A stretch of 64,000 nt of DNA from an uncultured Planctomycetaceae bacterium (GCA_964442735.1 CAYUAP010000003.1:23115-87114); one strand, 5' to 3'; positions 20,519 to 29,207 are shown, numbered from the stretch's first letter. The notes: a model not told the origin generated them from the sequence alone. A program made the numbers and translations.

Positions 20519-20836
20519 TTATTGATATTCCCAAAATCTTATAATAGCCCATTGAATAACAAAATAGATGGTCATTCCCAGCACAATCAGGATTCCCCAA
20601 AGTACTAACATGGACGAAGTACTCCATATGCCAAATCGAAAGAGCATTACCATTATTTTATAGAGTTCTTTAAGTCCACCGGTAATGGAAAGAAACAGGT
20701 ATCCCCACATACAAATGCAAATAAATAAAGTCATACGCATATAACGTGCGGCCAGAATTTTGTCATCTTCTGCAAGATTGTTATTTTTAAATCCGCGATA
20801 AATATCGTACCACCCCCATATAAACCAACCGGTCAA
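20519..20836 (-). CDS. Small polytopic membrane protein of unknown function (possibly the 3' part of a frameshifted gene extending to 20946)
   Basis: Hydrophobic 105-aa ORF with a TTG start and no RBS. A 37-aa ORF (ATG 20946, MEKSFVLSLLDLGCILLIWQIIWTFDVGRDG...) in another frame overlaps its start. Confidence 0.35.
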   Translation of the reverse strand: MTGWFIWGWYDIYRGFKNNNLAEDDKILAARYMRMTLFICICMWGYLFLSITGGLKELYKIMVMLFRFGIWSTSSMLVLWGILIVLGMTIYFVIQWAIIRFWEYQ

Positions 20837-20991
20837 TAAAATGATAGGGTAATACCATCACGGCCAACGTCGAACGTCCATATTATCTGCCAAATAAGGA
20901 GTATACATCCAAGGTCAAGGAGTGATAATACAAAACTCTTTTCCATCTCCACCGTTTGTATGAAATCATTTCTCAAGAGGTATTTTTTATT

Positions 20992-21166
20992 GTAACCGTT
21001 CACGGATATAAAGTGAAACTATGGATAACACTGATTTTTACGGATAGTTTTTGGCAAACAAACTTTTTAATGATAACTATATTCAATTATTTATTGTAAA
21101 ATATAGTATTTTATGGTAGACTATCTGTGGTTATCCGTGGTTCCAAAATCGTTTGTGAATGGTTAC
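20992..21166 (+). mobile_element. MITE-like non-autonomous element, copy 1 (175 bp)
   Basis: Terminal inverted repeats gtaaccgttcacggata ... (t)tgtgaatggttac. Internal CACGGATA/TATCCGTG motifs and an AT-rich core. Alignable to 30831-30997 (reverse) and 37474-37679. Confidence 0.7.
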
Positions 21167-21352
21167 AATATTTTCATGTTGTGGTGTTTTAAATTTTGCT
21201 GCGGTTAATTGAAGGTTTCAGAATCTCAATTGCCCTGCTCGAACTGATGGCAGTTGTCATTACAATCCTGTTTCGTCAGACAAAAAAGGGTAAACCGTTA
21301 TTGATTTACCAAAATTTTACTGATTTACCATTATATAAAGTGTGAAATAAAT

Positions 21353-22036
21353 ATGAAAATCGGCGGTTTGCAAAAGTTTTCTCTACTGGATTATCCAGAG
21401 AAGATCTGCGCCATTGTGTTTACATTGGGCTGTAATTTTCGTTGTCCTTTTTGCCATAATCCGGTTCTGGTTCAGGGTTCGAATATTGCGATAGACGAGA
21501 AGGAGTTCTTTTCCTTTTTGTCTTCACGTATTGGGCGCCTGGACGGCGTTTGTATAACCGGTGGTGAACCACTTTTACAGAACGATCTCATAGCTTTTTT
21601 AAGACGTATCAAACAGCTTGAATTATTGGTGAAACTTGATACCAACGGCTCTCTTCCTGAAAAACTCGAACCGATCTTGAAGGATGGACTCGTCGATTAT
21701 ATTGCAATGGATATCAAAAATTCGCCAGAAAAATATCCAGAAACAATCAATAATCAAAATATATCAATTAATTCTGTTCGAGAAAGTATTCAACTCATAC
21801 TTAAAAGTGGTATTCAATACGAATTTCGAACAACTTTAGTACGAGAATTTCATACACGTGACGATATTCACAAAATTGGACAATGGTTACGCGGTTCCCT
21901 TGTGTACTATCTACAGAACTTCCGTGATTCTGGAAACATACTTGATTCTCGAACAATGCACTCTTTTTCAGAAAAGGAATTAGTAGAAATGAAAACTGTT
22001 GCACAAGAATATTTTCGGTCTGTTTTTATCCGTTAA
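21353..22036 (+). CDS. nrdG: Anaerobic ribonucleoside-triphosphate reductase activating protein (radical SAM)
   Basis: GCNFRCPFCHN (CxxxCxxC cluster), ITGGEPL, 227 aa. Adjacent to nrdD. Confidence 0.9.
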   Translation: MKIGGLQKFSLLDYPEKICAIVFTLGCNFRCPFCHNPVLVQGSNIAIDEKEFFSFLSSRIGRLDGVCITGGEPLLQNDLIAFLRRIKQLELLVKLDTNGSLPEKLEPILKDGLVDYIAMDIKNSPEKYPETINNQNISINSVRESIQLILKSGIQYEFRTTLVREFHTRDDIHKIGQWLRGSLVYYLQNFRDSGNILDSRTMHSFSEKELVEMKTVAQEYFRSVFIR

Positions 22037-22087
22037 TAACTTCTTATTTTTATACGGAATTACCTCTTAAACTTTTTGGGGTAGTGC

Positions 22088-22115
22088 TTGACTTTATAAA
22101 ATTTTTAGATATAGT
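22088..22115 (+). promoter_or_regulatory. Sigma-70-like promoter candidate for the nrdD riboswitch transcript
   Basis: ttgact (22088-22093), 16-nt spacer, tatagt (22110-22115). The predicted start is just before riboswitch P1 at 22126. Confidence 0.35.
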
Positions 22116-22125
22116 ATGTACTAAA

Positions 22126-22380
22126 TGTAGTCGTACGGTGATTTATTGATACTATATCTGTACTATCAATAATTAACAGGGAATCCGGTACAATCCGGAA
22201 CGGTCCTCGCCGCTGTAAATGAAAATGTCCTTTGACAGTAAAATATTCCATCTTCTTCACGTTCTTTCAGAACGGTTGACCATTGTCGTTAAGACGACGA
22301 GAAGGTCTCCGGAATATTTTATCGGAGTCGATTATTGGAATCGCATCGGTTTCATAAGTCAGAAAACCTGCCGTACTACA
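22126..22380 (+). promoter_or_regulatory. Cobalamin (B12) riboswitch aptamer upstream of nrdD
   Basis: Core aacagggaatccggtacaatccggaacggtcctcgccgctgtaa (B12-box variant gccgctg). ccattgtcgttaagacgacgagaaggtc (CCACUG...GGGAAGGC-like). 3' agtcagaaaacctgcc. P1 tgtagtcgtacgg / ccgtactaca. Confidence 0.8.
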
Positions 22381-22470
22381 GACGGCGACATTTCGCGAGA
22401 CGACGAAAGGTCACGAGATATCGGGAATTACTTGGAGGACGCTTGAAATCAAAAGGAACGATAATTTAAT

Positions 22471-22518
22471 ATTCAAGTATGGCCAAATTCAAGTATATCC
22501 AAATTCAAGTATGTCCGA
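22471..22518. repeat. 16-bp tandem repeat, 3 units, in the nrdD leader between aptamer and RBS
   Basis: attcaagtatggccaa attcaagtatatccaa attcaagtatgtccga. Its reverse complement shares the core ttggatatact with the array at 20149-20223. Confidence 0.9.
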
Positions 22519-22546
22519 ACAGTTTTAATATATTCAAGGAGTTTTT

Positions 22547-24757
22547 ATGTACTGTGTACTCAAACGGGACGGCCAGTATGTCGATTTTAATCTTTCTAAA
22601 ATATGTGTCGCAATTACAATGGCCTTTGAGGCGCAAAAACGTCAGTATAATAATGATATTATTCAAATGCTGGCATTGAAGGTCACCTCTGATTATGAGA
22701 CAAAAATACATGATAATGTGATTTCCGTTGAAGAGATACAGGACAGTGTCGAGAGGGTATTAATTCGTGCCGGATATGAAGACGTAGCCAAGGCATATAT
22801 TCTTTATCGCAAACAGCATGAAAACATTCGTAATATGAAATCAACCATTCTGGATTATAAAAAATTGGTTGATAAATACGTCAAGGAAACCGATTGGCGT
22901 GTTAAGGAAAATTCGACGGTGACTTATTCCGTTGGGGGGCTTATATTGAGTAATTCAGGAGCGATCACCGCGAATTATTGGCTTTCGGAGGTCTATGATC
23001 CTGAAATAGCCGATGCCCATCGGAATGCCGACATTCATCTCCATGATCTTTCCATGTTGACAGGGTATTGTGCTGGCTGGTCTCTTCATCAACTTCTTAT
23101 AGAAGGACTTGGCGGTATTCAGGGCAAAATCACTTCCTGTCCGGCCCGGCATTTGGCAACGCTCTGTAATCAAATGGTCAATTTCCTCGGTATTATGCAG
23201 AACGAGTGGGCAGGCGCACAAGCGTTTTCTTCCTTCGATACCTATTTGGCCCCATTTATTCGAACCGACAAACTTTCTTATGACGCCGTAAAAAAATGTA
23301 TCGAATCCTTTATCTACGGTGTGAATACGCCAAGTCGATGGGGAACACAGGCTCCTTTTTCCAATATTACGCTTGATTGGACGGTACCCGGCGACCTTGC
23401 CGAACAAAAAGCAATTGTCGGTGGTCGGGAAATGGACTTTACCTACGGAGATTGTCAAAAAGAAATGGATATGGTCAACCGGGCTTTTATCGAGATTATG
23501 CTTGAGGGTGATGCCAACGGACGCGGATTCCAATATCCGATTCCAACCTATTCGATTACAGATCGTTTCGACTGGTCTGATACACTGAACAATCGACTTC
23601 TATTTGAAATGACTGCCAAATATGGAACACCCTATTTTTCCAATTATGTCAATAGCGAAATGAAACCGGACGACGTTCGCAGTATGTGCTGTCGTTTACG
23701 ATTGGATTTACGCGAACTTCGCAAGAAGTCGGGGGGATACTTCGGAAGTGGAGAAAGTACGGGCAGTATCGGTGTGGTCACTATAAATATGCCGCGAATC
23801 GCTTATTTGGCTACAGATGAAGAAGACTTCTATCGTCGGTTGGATCGACTCATGGATCTTGCCGCACGGTCACTCAAGATCAAACGTAAAGTAATTACCA
23901 AACTTCTCAACGAAGGACTTTATCCCTATACCAAGTATTATTTGGGTACATTTGCCAACCATTTTTCGACAATAGGATTGGTCGGAATGAATGAAGTTGG
24001 CCTGAATGCCAAATGGCTTGGACACAATATGACAGACCCTAAAACACAAGCAATGGCAAAAGAAGTTCTTCTACACATGCGAGATCGACTGTCCGATTAT
24101 CAGGAGCAATACGGAGATCTCTATAATCTGGAAGCAACACCCGCCGAGTCTACCGCCTATCGATTGGCTCTACATGATGTCGAACAATATCCGAATATAA
24201 AAACAGCATCGTCAATGGATACAAATACAGAAAAAATAAAAGCACCTTATTATACTAACAGTTCACATCTTCCTGTAGGTTCTACGGACGATATTTTTGA
24301 AGCACTCGATGCCCAGGACGAACTTCAAACACTTTATACCTCTGGAACAGTGTTTCATGCCTTTTTGGGTGAAAAACTTTCCGGCTGGAAATCGGCAGCA
24401 AATCTCGTACGAAAGATAGCTGAAAACTATCGACTTCCTTATTATACATTATCGCCAACATATTCGATTTGTCCGAAACATGGTTATCTACAAGGCGAAG
24501 TTCATCAATGCCCCCATTGTAACGAAGTAACCGAAATCTATAGTCGGATCACCGGCTATTATCGACCAGTCGGAAACTGGAACGATGGAAAGGCGCAGGA
24601 ATTTAAAGATCGTAAAGTTTATCATCTGAAAGCGGAAAATGAACCCGATTCCACTACAAATGTTTCCTTTGTTCCCATACTGTATACCAATGAAGGGCTA
24701 CCTCATTCAGTAGAAACGGTATCACTTTCTTCGATAAAACCTATTGGTAATGTATAA
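22547..24757 (+). CDS. nrdD: Anaerobic ribonucleoside-triphosphate reductase (class III)
   Basis: N-terminal ATP-cone (VLKRDGQYVDFNLSKI). C-terminal Zn site CPKHG...CPHC and glycyl-radical motif SRITGYYRPV. aaggag RBS at 22536-22541. Confidence 0.95.
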   Translation: MYCVLKRDGQYVDFNLSKICVAITMAFEAQKRQYNNDIIQMLALKVTSDYETKIHDNVISVEEIQDSVERVLIRAGYEDVAKAYILYRKQHENIRNMKSTILDYKKLVDKYVKETDWRVKENSTVTYSVGGLILSNSGAITANYWLSEVYDPEIADAHRNADIHLHDLSMLTGYCAGWSLHQLLIEGLGGIQGKITSCPARHLATLCNQMVNFLGIMQNEWAGAQAFSSFDTYLAPFIRTDKLSYDAVKKCIESFIYGVNTPSRWGTQAPFSNITLDWTVPGDLAEQKAIVGGREMDFTYGDCQKEMDMVNRAFIEIMLEGDANGRGFQYPIPTYSITDRFDWSDTLNNRLLFEMTAKYGTPYFSNYVNSEMKPDDVRSMCCRLRLDLRELRKKSGGYFGSGESTGSIGVVTINMPRIAYLATDEEDFYRRLDRLMDLAARSLKIKRKVITKLLNEGLYPYTKYYLGTFANHFSTIGLVGMNEVGLNAKWLGHNMTDPKTQAMAKEVLLHMRDRLSDYQEQYGDLYNLEATPAESTAYRLALHDVEQYPNIKTASSMDTNTEKIKAPYYTNSSHLPVGSTDDIFEALDAQDELQTLYTSGTVFHAFLGEKLSGWKSAANLVRKIAENYRLPYYTLSPTYSICPKHGYLQGEVHQCPHCNEVTEIYSRITGYYRPVGNWNDGKAQEFKDRKVYHLKAENEPDSTTNVSFVPILYTNEGLPHSVETVSLSSIKPIGNV

Positions 24758-24775
24758 ATTGGTAATGTATAAATT
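24743..24775. repeat. Exact 15-bp tandem duplication (attggtaatgtataa x2.2) straddling the nrdD stop codon
   Basis: Units at 24743-24757 (contains TAA 24755-24757) and 24758-24772, then att. Confidence 0.9.
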
Positions 24776-25018
24776 TTCCGACTGTAAATGATTTTATATC
24801 CAAGAATAATATTGATTTTTATGGATAGTCCTTTATAAAACAAATTTTTTATGACAATATCCTCATAATATACTTGAGAGGCTTGTGATTACAAAATACT
24901 ATAAATTTCGACAACCCCCCTGCTTTTTCCATAAAGTCCACAGCTTAAAAAATGTATTATAATACGGACATCGTCCTTTCATGTTAAGGGCGGTCATTTT
25001 CATCTGTTAATCAGACTC

Positions 25019-25046
25019 TTTACAAAAGGGAAGCATATCATATAAT
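25019..25046 (+). promoter_or_regulatory. Sigma-70-like promoter candidate for the metE riboswitch transcript
   Basis: tttaca (25019-25024), 16-nt spacer, tataat (25041-25046). About 18 nt before riboswitch P1. Confidence 0.4.
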
Positions 25047-25063
25047 ATCATTGGATTTGTTTT

Positions 25064-25195
25064 ATCTCGCGAAACGGAAGACGGTGAAAAACCATCACGG
25101 ACGCGCCACTGTAACCGATATATAAACCGCCAAGTCACTGGATTATTCGGGAAGGCTTGGAATCAAGGTTCGGAAGTCAGAAGACGTCGCGAGAT
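25064..25195 (+). promoter_or_regulatory. Cobalamin (B12) riboswitch aptamer upstream of metE
   Basis: ggaagacggtgaaaaaccatcacggacgcgccactgtaaccg (canonical B12 box gccactg). caagtcactgg...ttcgggaaggc. ggaagtcagaagacgtcgcgag. P1 atctcgcga / tcgcgagat. Confidence 0.9.
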
Positions 25196-25338
25196 TCATA
25201 TAGTTGCACGACTATCTCGCGATTGGAAAGAACGTGTTAGGGGAATCGGCTTATATATTTTTGTCGGTTCACCTTATTGTACGCCCATTTATTTCGAGTT
25301 GTCGTTGCTCCACAACTTAATTGAAAAGGAGTAACCGA

Positions 25339-27609
25339 ATGAAAACACATGTTTTAGGATTCCCGCGAATGGGACTTCATCGAGAGTTAAAGTTTGCTCT
25401 CGAATCTTATTGGAAAAAAATTTATACTCTGGACGAACTCTTGGAGGTCAGTCGGAATTTGCGCTTTAGACATTGGCAAATTCAACAAGACGCCGGATTG
25501 TCTCTGGTTGCGACCGGCGATTTTTCCTGGTATGATCATGTACTGGATATGGCCGTAATGCTTGGAGCAATTCCGGCACGTTTTCGTCATTTACCAGAAA
25601 ATAGCGCAGAAGCCTATTTCAGTATGGCTCGTGGAAATCAGGATACGAATATTCCCGCAATGGAAATGACTAAATGGTTCGATACGAATTATCATTATAT
25701 TGTTCCTGAAATAGATTCCAATTACAAACCAATATTAGCTTCTACTAAAATATTTGAGGAAACACAAGAAGCACGAGATGCCGAATTTAACGTTAAACCG
25801 ATTCTTTTGGGACCGATAACGTTTCTTGCCCTCAGTAAAGGTATCAATGGCTTTGATCCCTGGAATAAATTACCTCAACTCGTTTCTATCTATGAAGAGA
25901 TTATCGCAAAACTTGCGAAGAGTACTGAATGGATTCAAATCGACGAACCTGTTTTGTGTTCTGATATGACCGCAAACATGCGGGAGAATTTCACAAATAC
26001 CTGGCATCGGTTGAATGCGTCTGCCGGAAACGTAAAACTTCTATTAACGACCTACTTCGACGATCTGGATGATAATCTTGATATTGCTTTGGATTCACAC
26101 AGTGCGGGACTTCACCTTGACCTTGTGCGTGGTGGACGAAATATTGACGACATACTCGAACGTTTTCCTGAATCAATGATTCTTTCTGCCGGTATTGTCG
26201 ATGGGAGAAATATCTGGCGTAACGATTACGTAAAGTCTTGGAAAATATTAAGTAAAATCGATGCAAAACTTGGTATGGATCGTATGATGATCGGATCAAG
26301 TTGTTCACTACTGCATTGTCCAATATCCCTGGAAACAGAAAAAGAACTTGATGCAGAACTAAAAAGCTGGTTCACCTTCTCAACGGAAAAATGCCGGGAG
26401 ATTGTCGAACTTTCCGAGATTACAGAACAGAAGGAATTGGGCGAGGCTGGTATGAATAACCAGTTTATAATCCAATCGCGTCATGGGAGTACTCGTGTTC
26501 ATAACAAGGATGTAAAAAAACGTTGTTCAGAAGTTTTGGAATCAATGAAACATCGTACAAGTTCCTATCCGGACCGTAAAAAAGCACAAAGCTGGCTTAA
26601 TCTTCCTCTCTTTCCGACGACAACGATTGGCTCGTTTCCACAAACAGACGAAATTCGTCGTTTTCGAAAGGACTTAATGTTAGGAAAAGTCGATGCGAGG
26701 AATTATAATGACTTTATTCAATGGTCCATAAAATTCACAATTCAAAAGCAGGAAGAAATTGGTTTGGATGTTCTCGTTCATGGTGAACCAGAACGAAACG
26801 ATATGGTAAAATACTTTGGCGATCAACTAAATGGATTCTGTACAACGCATAATGGTTGGGTTCAAAGCTATGGAAGCCGCTGTGTCAAACCTCCCGTCAT
26901 CTATGGTGACGTTTCCCGTCCTTCTCCCATGACGATTTCCTGGATTCGATATGCGCAATCATGTACGGATAAGCCGGTAAAAGGAATGTTGACCGGTCCA
27001 GTAACAATTCTGTGCTGGAGTTTCGTTCGCGATGATCTGGATCGTTCCGAAGTATGCCAACAGATTGCACTTGCAATGCGGGATGAAGTCAACGATCTGG
27101 AAAATGCAGGTATTCGCATTATTCAAATCGATGAAGCTGCTTTAAGCGAAGGATGCCCCATTAAGGCGAAAAAGAGAGCAGACTATTTCAAATGGGCTGT
27201 TGACGCTTTTCGTTTGACAACTTCCGGGGTTCAGGATTCAACTCAAATACATTCCCATATGTGCTATAGCGAGTTTAATAAAATGATCCGCGCTATTGCT
27301 GACATGGACGCCGATGTTATTAGTATCGAATCAAGTCGAAGCAAAATGGAACTGCTTGAAGCTTTTCGAGATTTTGAATATCCCAATGAAATTGGGCCAG
27401 GCGTTTATGATATTCACAGTCCCCGTATCCCTTCTAAAGAAGAAATATTGGAATTACTACAAAAGGCAGTGAAACTTGTACCGATAGAACGACTTTGGGT
27501 TAATCCCGACTGCGGCTTAAAAACTCGACAATGGGAAGAAATTATTCCTTCTCTGACAAATTTAGTAGAGGCGGCACGTGAAATGCGTAAACTCTATCAG
27601 AAAAAATAG
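25339..27609 (+). CDS. metE: Cobalamin-independent methionine synthase (5-methyltetrahydropteroyltriglutamate-homocysteine methyltransferase)
   Basis: MKTHVLGFPRMG..RELKFALE N-terminus. C-terminal HMCYSEF and NPDCGLKTR zinc-site motifs. ATG at 25339 with aaggag 7 nt upstream (the track TTG at 25321 overlaps the RBS). Confidence 0.95.
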   Translation: MKTHVLGFPRMGLHRELKFALESYWKKIYTLDELLEVSRNLRFRHWQIQQDAGLSLVATGDFSWYDHVLDMAVMLGAIPARFRHLPENSAEAYFSMARGNQDTNIPAMEMTKWFDTNYHYIVPEIDSNYKPILASTKIFEETQEARDAEFNVKPILLGPITFLALSKGINGFDPWNKLPQLVSIYEEIIAKLAKSTEWIQIDEPVLCSDMTANMRENFTNTWHRLNASAGNVKLLLTTYFDDLDDNLDIALDSHSAGLHLDLVRGGRNIDDILERFPESMILSAGIVDGRNIWRNDYVKSWKILSKIDAKLGMDRMMIGSSCSLLHCPISLETEKELDAELKSWFTFSTEKCREIVELSEITEQKELGEAGMNNQFIIQSRHGSTRVHNKDVKKRCSEVLESMKHRTSSYPDRKKAQSWLNLPLFPTTTIGSFPQTDEIRRFRKDLMLGKVDARNYNDFIQWSIKFTIQKQEEIGLDVLVHGEPERNDMVKYFGDQLNGFCTTHNGWVQSYGSRCVKPPVIYGDVSRPSPMTISWIRYAQSCTDKPVKGMLTGPVTILCWSFVRDDLDRSEVCQQIALAMRDEVNDLENAGIRIIQIDEAALSEGCPIKAKKRADYFKWAVDAFRLTTSGVQDSTQIHSHMCYSEFNKMIRAIADMDADVISIESSRSKMELLEAFRDFEYPNEIGPGVYDIHSPRIPSKEEILELLQKAVKLVPIERLWVNPDCGLKTRQWEEIIPSLTNLVEAAREMRKLYQKK

Positions 27610-27892
27610 ATAATGCCAAATTATTAAGCAAAAGGGAATCACTAACAGTCAGACACTGTTTGACAGAGGCGATTCCTGCCAAAATAGATATTATGGAAGC
27701 CGTTTGTTTCGAGCTAAAACCGAATAAATATATTCTTGTTCACTATGGGGAAAAGATTATATCCAATCACTTTATTTCGAGAAATCTTTCAGTCATCTTA
27801 ATATGGATATATGCTATTGGGAAAATATCAATGATTCCGAAATATCATGGAGTCATCAATACTTTTCCCCTATTGTAAATGGATTTTAACAG

Positions 27893-27926
27893 CGTTATTT
27901 AATACTCGTTATTTAATACTCGTTAT
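27893..27926. repeat. Exact 14-bp tandem duplication (cgttatttaatact x2.4) straddling the stop codon of the minus-strand aldo-keto reductase gene
   Basis: Units at 27893-27906 and 27907-27920, then cgttat. The stop codon (tta on the + strand) is at 27909-27911. Confidence 0.9.
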
Positions 27927-28748
27927 AAATTCAACTGTTTCCGGATCATAATGCGAGAAAAAGACACTCTCATTTTTATCCAGTGAAACAATCTGCTTCA
28001 TTTCCTCGTCCGACAAGATAAAATCGAAGACGTCAAGATTTTCCACCATTCGCTCTTTGTGTGTCGATTTTGGAATAACTATAATTCCCTGTTGAATGAA
28101 AAATCTTAAAGCAACCTGTGCGACCGATTTATGATGTCGTTGACCAATTCCTGTCAGAACTTCATTTTTAAAGAAGTTATTGCGTCCTTCGGCAAGAGGT
28201 CCCCAGGATTCCTGTTGCACTCCATACTTCTTCATGAAATTATGAGCCTTAATCTGTTGAAAGAAAACATGTGTCTCCACTTGATTGACGGCAGGAATGA
28301 TATCGACAAACTTGCAAAAATCAACCAAGCGATCCGGATAGAAATTACTGACACCAATAGCACGCAATTTACCGGCTTTATATGCTTCCTGCATTGCACG
28401 CCAGGTTCCATAATAATCGTTAAAAGGCTGATGAATCAGGAGCAGATCAATATAATCACTTTTGAGAAGTCGCAAAGATTCGTCAATCGACACTTTCGCC
28501 TTTTCATATCCACCATTTGTGATCCAGACTTTAGTGGTCAGAAAAATATCTTCTCGTGGAACACCACAAATTTTTATCGCCTCGCCAACTCCACTTTCAT
28601 TATGATATCCTTGTGCAGTATCAATGGAACGATAACCGACACTAATAGCGTCAAGAACACAACGTTGACATTCCTCAGGTGTAATCTGATAGACGCCATA
28701 ACCAAGTATAGGCATCTCGACGCCATTATTGAGCTTTACTGTTTGCAT
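27909..28748 (-). CDS. Aldo-keto reductase (2,5-diketo-D-gluconate reductase-like)
   Basis: MQTVKLNNGVEMPILGYGVYQ, SIDTAQGYHNE, LLIHQP, AIGVSNF. ATG at 28748 with aaggag RBS (the track start at 28781 is upstream of it). Confidence 0.9.
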   Translation of the reverse strand: MQTVKLNNGVEMPILGYGVYQITPEECQRCVLDAISVGYRSIDTAQGYHNESGVGEAIKICGVPREDIFLTTKVWITNGGYEKAKVSIDESLRLLKSDYIDLLLIHQPFNDYYGTWRAMQEAYKAGKLRAIGVSNFYPDRLVDFCKFVDIIPAVNQVETHVFFQQIKAHNFMKKYGVQQESWGPLAEGRNNFFKNEVLTGIGQRHHKSVAQVALRFFIQQGIIVIPKSTHKERMVENLDVFDFILSDEEMKQIVSLDKNESVFFSHYDPETVEFITSIK

Positions 28749-28830
28749 TTTCTGTTTCTCCTTGTTTACCTTTGTATTCAATGTATTATCCTTTTATCCA
28801 TTTACAATTATTAAATGGTATCTACCAACA

Positions 28831-29145
28831 TTATTCTACAATATACCATTTTATAGTAAATATTTGCGGCCTGAAACACCCCATCAGGAAGGGTTCTTGA
28901 TCATGCCGTTTCGATTGTATCAATTTGATCGTATCAATGCCATGGGGATGGTCAAAATAATCATTGATGAAATTTCCGGCAAGCTGAAATAAAATCGCCC
29001 CGGTAATAACCTGGAAAACCATACTCCACTGTACTTCCACTTGTATGGAATAAAGCCAAAAACATACAAGGATCACTGGCACTGCCGACACTGGAATAGA
29101 CCAGGGATGTGTGGCTATCAACCATTTTTCTAAATTTACATTCAT
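28831..29145 (-). pseudogene. 5' remnant of a UbiA/MenA-type prenyltransferase gene
   Basis: The first ~70 aa look like a MenA N-terminus (W.IATHPWSIPVSAVPVILV..., LFQLAGNFINDYFDHPHGIDT, i.e. the NDYxD motif). Only 104 codons exist before the neighbouring reductase promoter, whereas full-length family members are ~290 aa. Confidence 0.45.
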
Positions 29146-29207
29146 TTATCACCGAACTCAATCGCAATATGATTTCACATAAATCGGAATGAAATTATCC
29201 AAGTATT

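Noticed and set aside
22219-22446. 75-aa ORF between nrdG and nrdD
   Set aside because: It lies inside the cobalamin riboswitch aptamer and expression platform, so it is not a plausible protein.
27660-27878. 72-aa ORF after metE
   Set aside because: It has no RBS, a non-ATG start, a hydrophobic or low-information sequence, and lies in a convergent terminator region.
28131-28814. Long antisense ORFs: 28131-28814 (227 aa), 22955-23533 (192 aa), 16525-17094 (189 aa), 7231-7575, 34386-34883, 46763-47302
   Set aside because: Each lies entirely opposite a gene with clear family motifs. They have odd composition, no RBS and no recognisable motifs, and are typical shadow ORFs.
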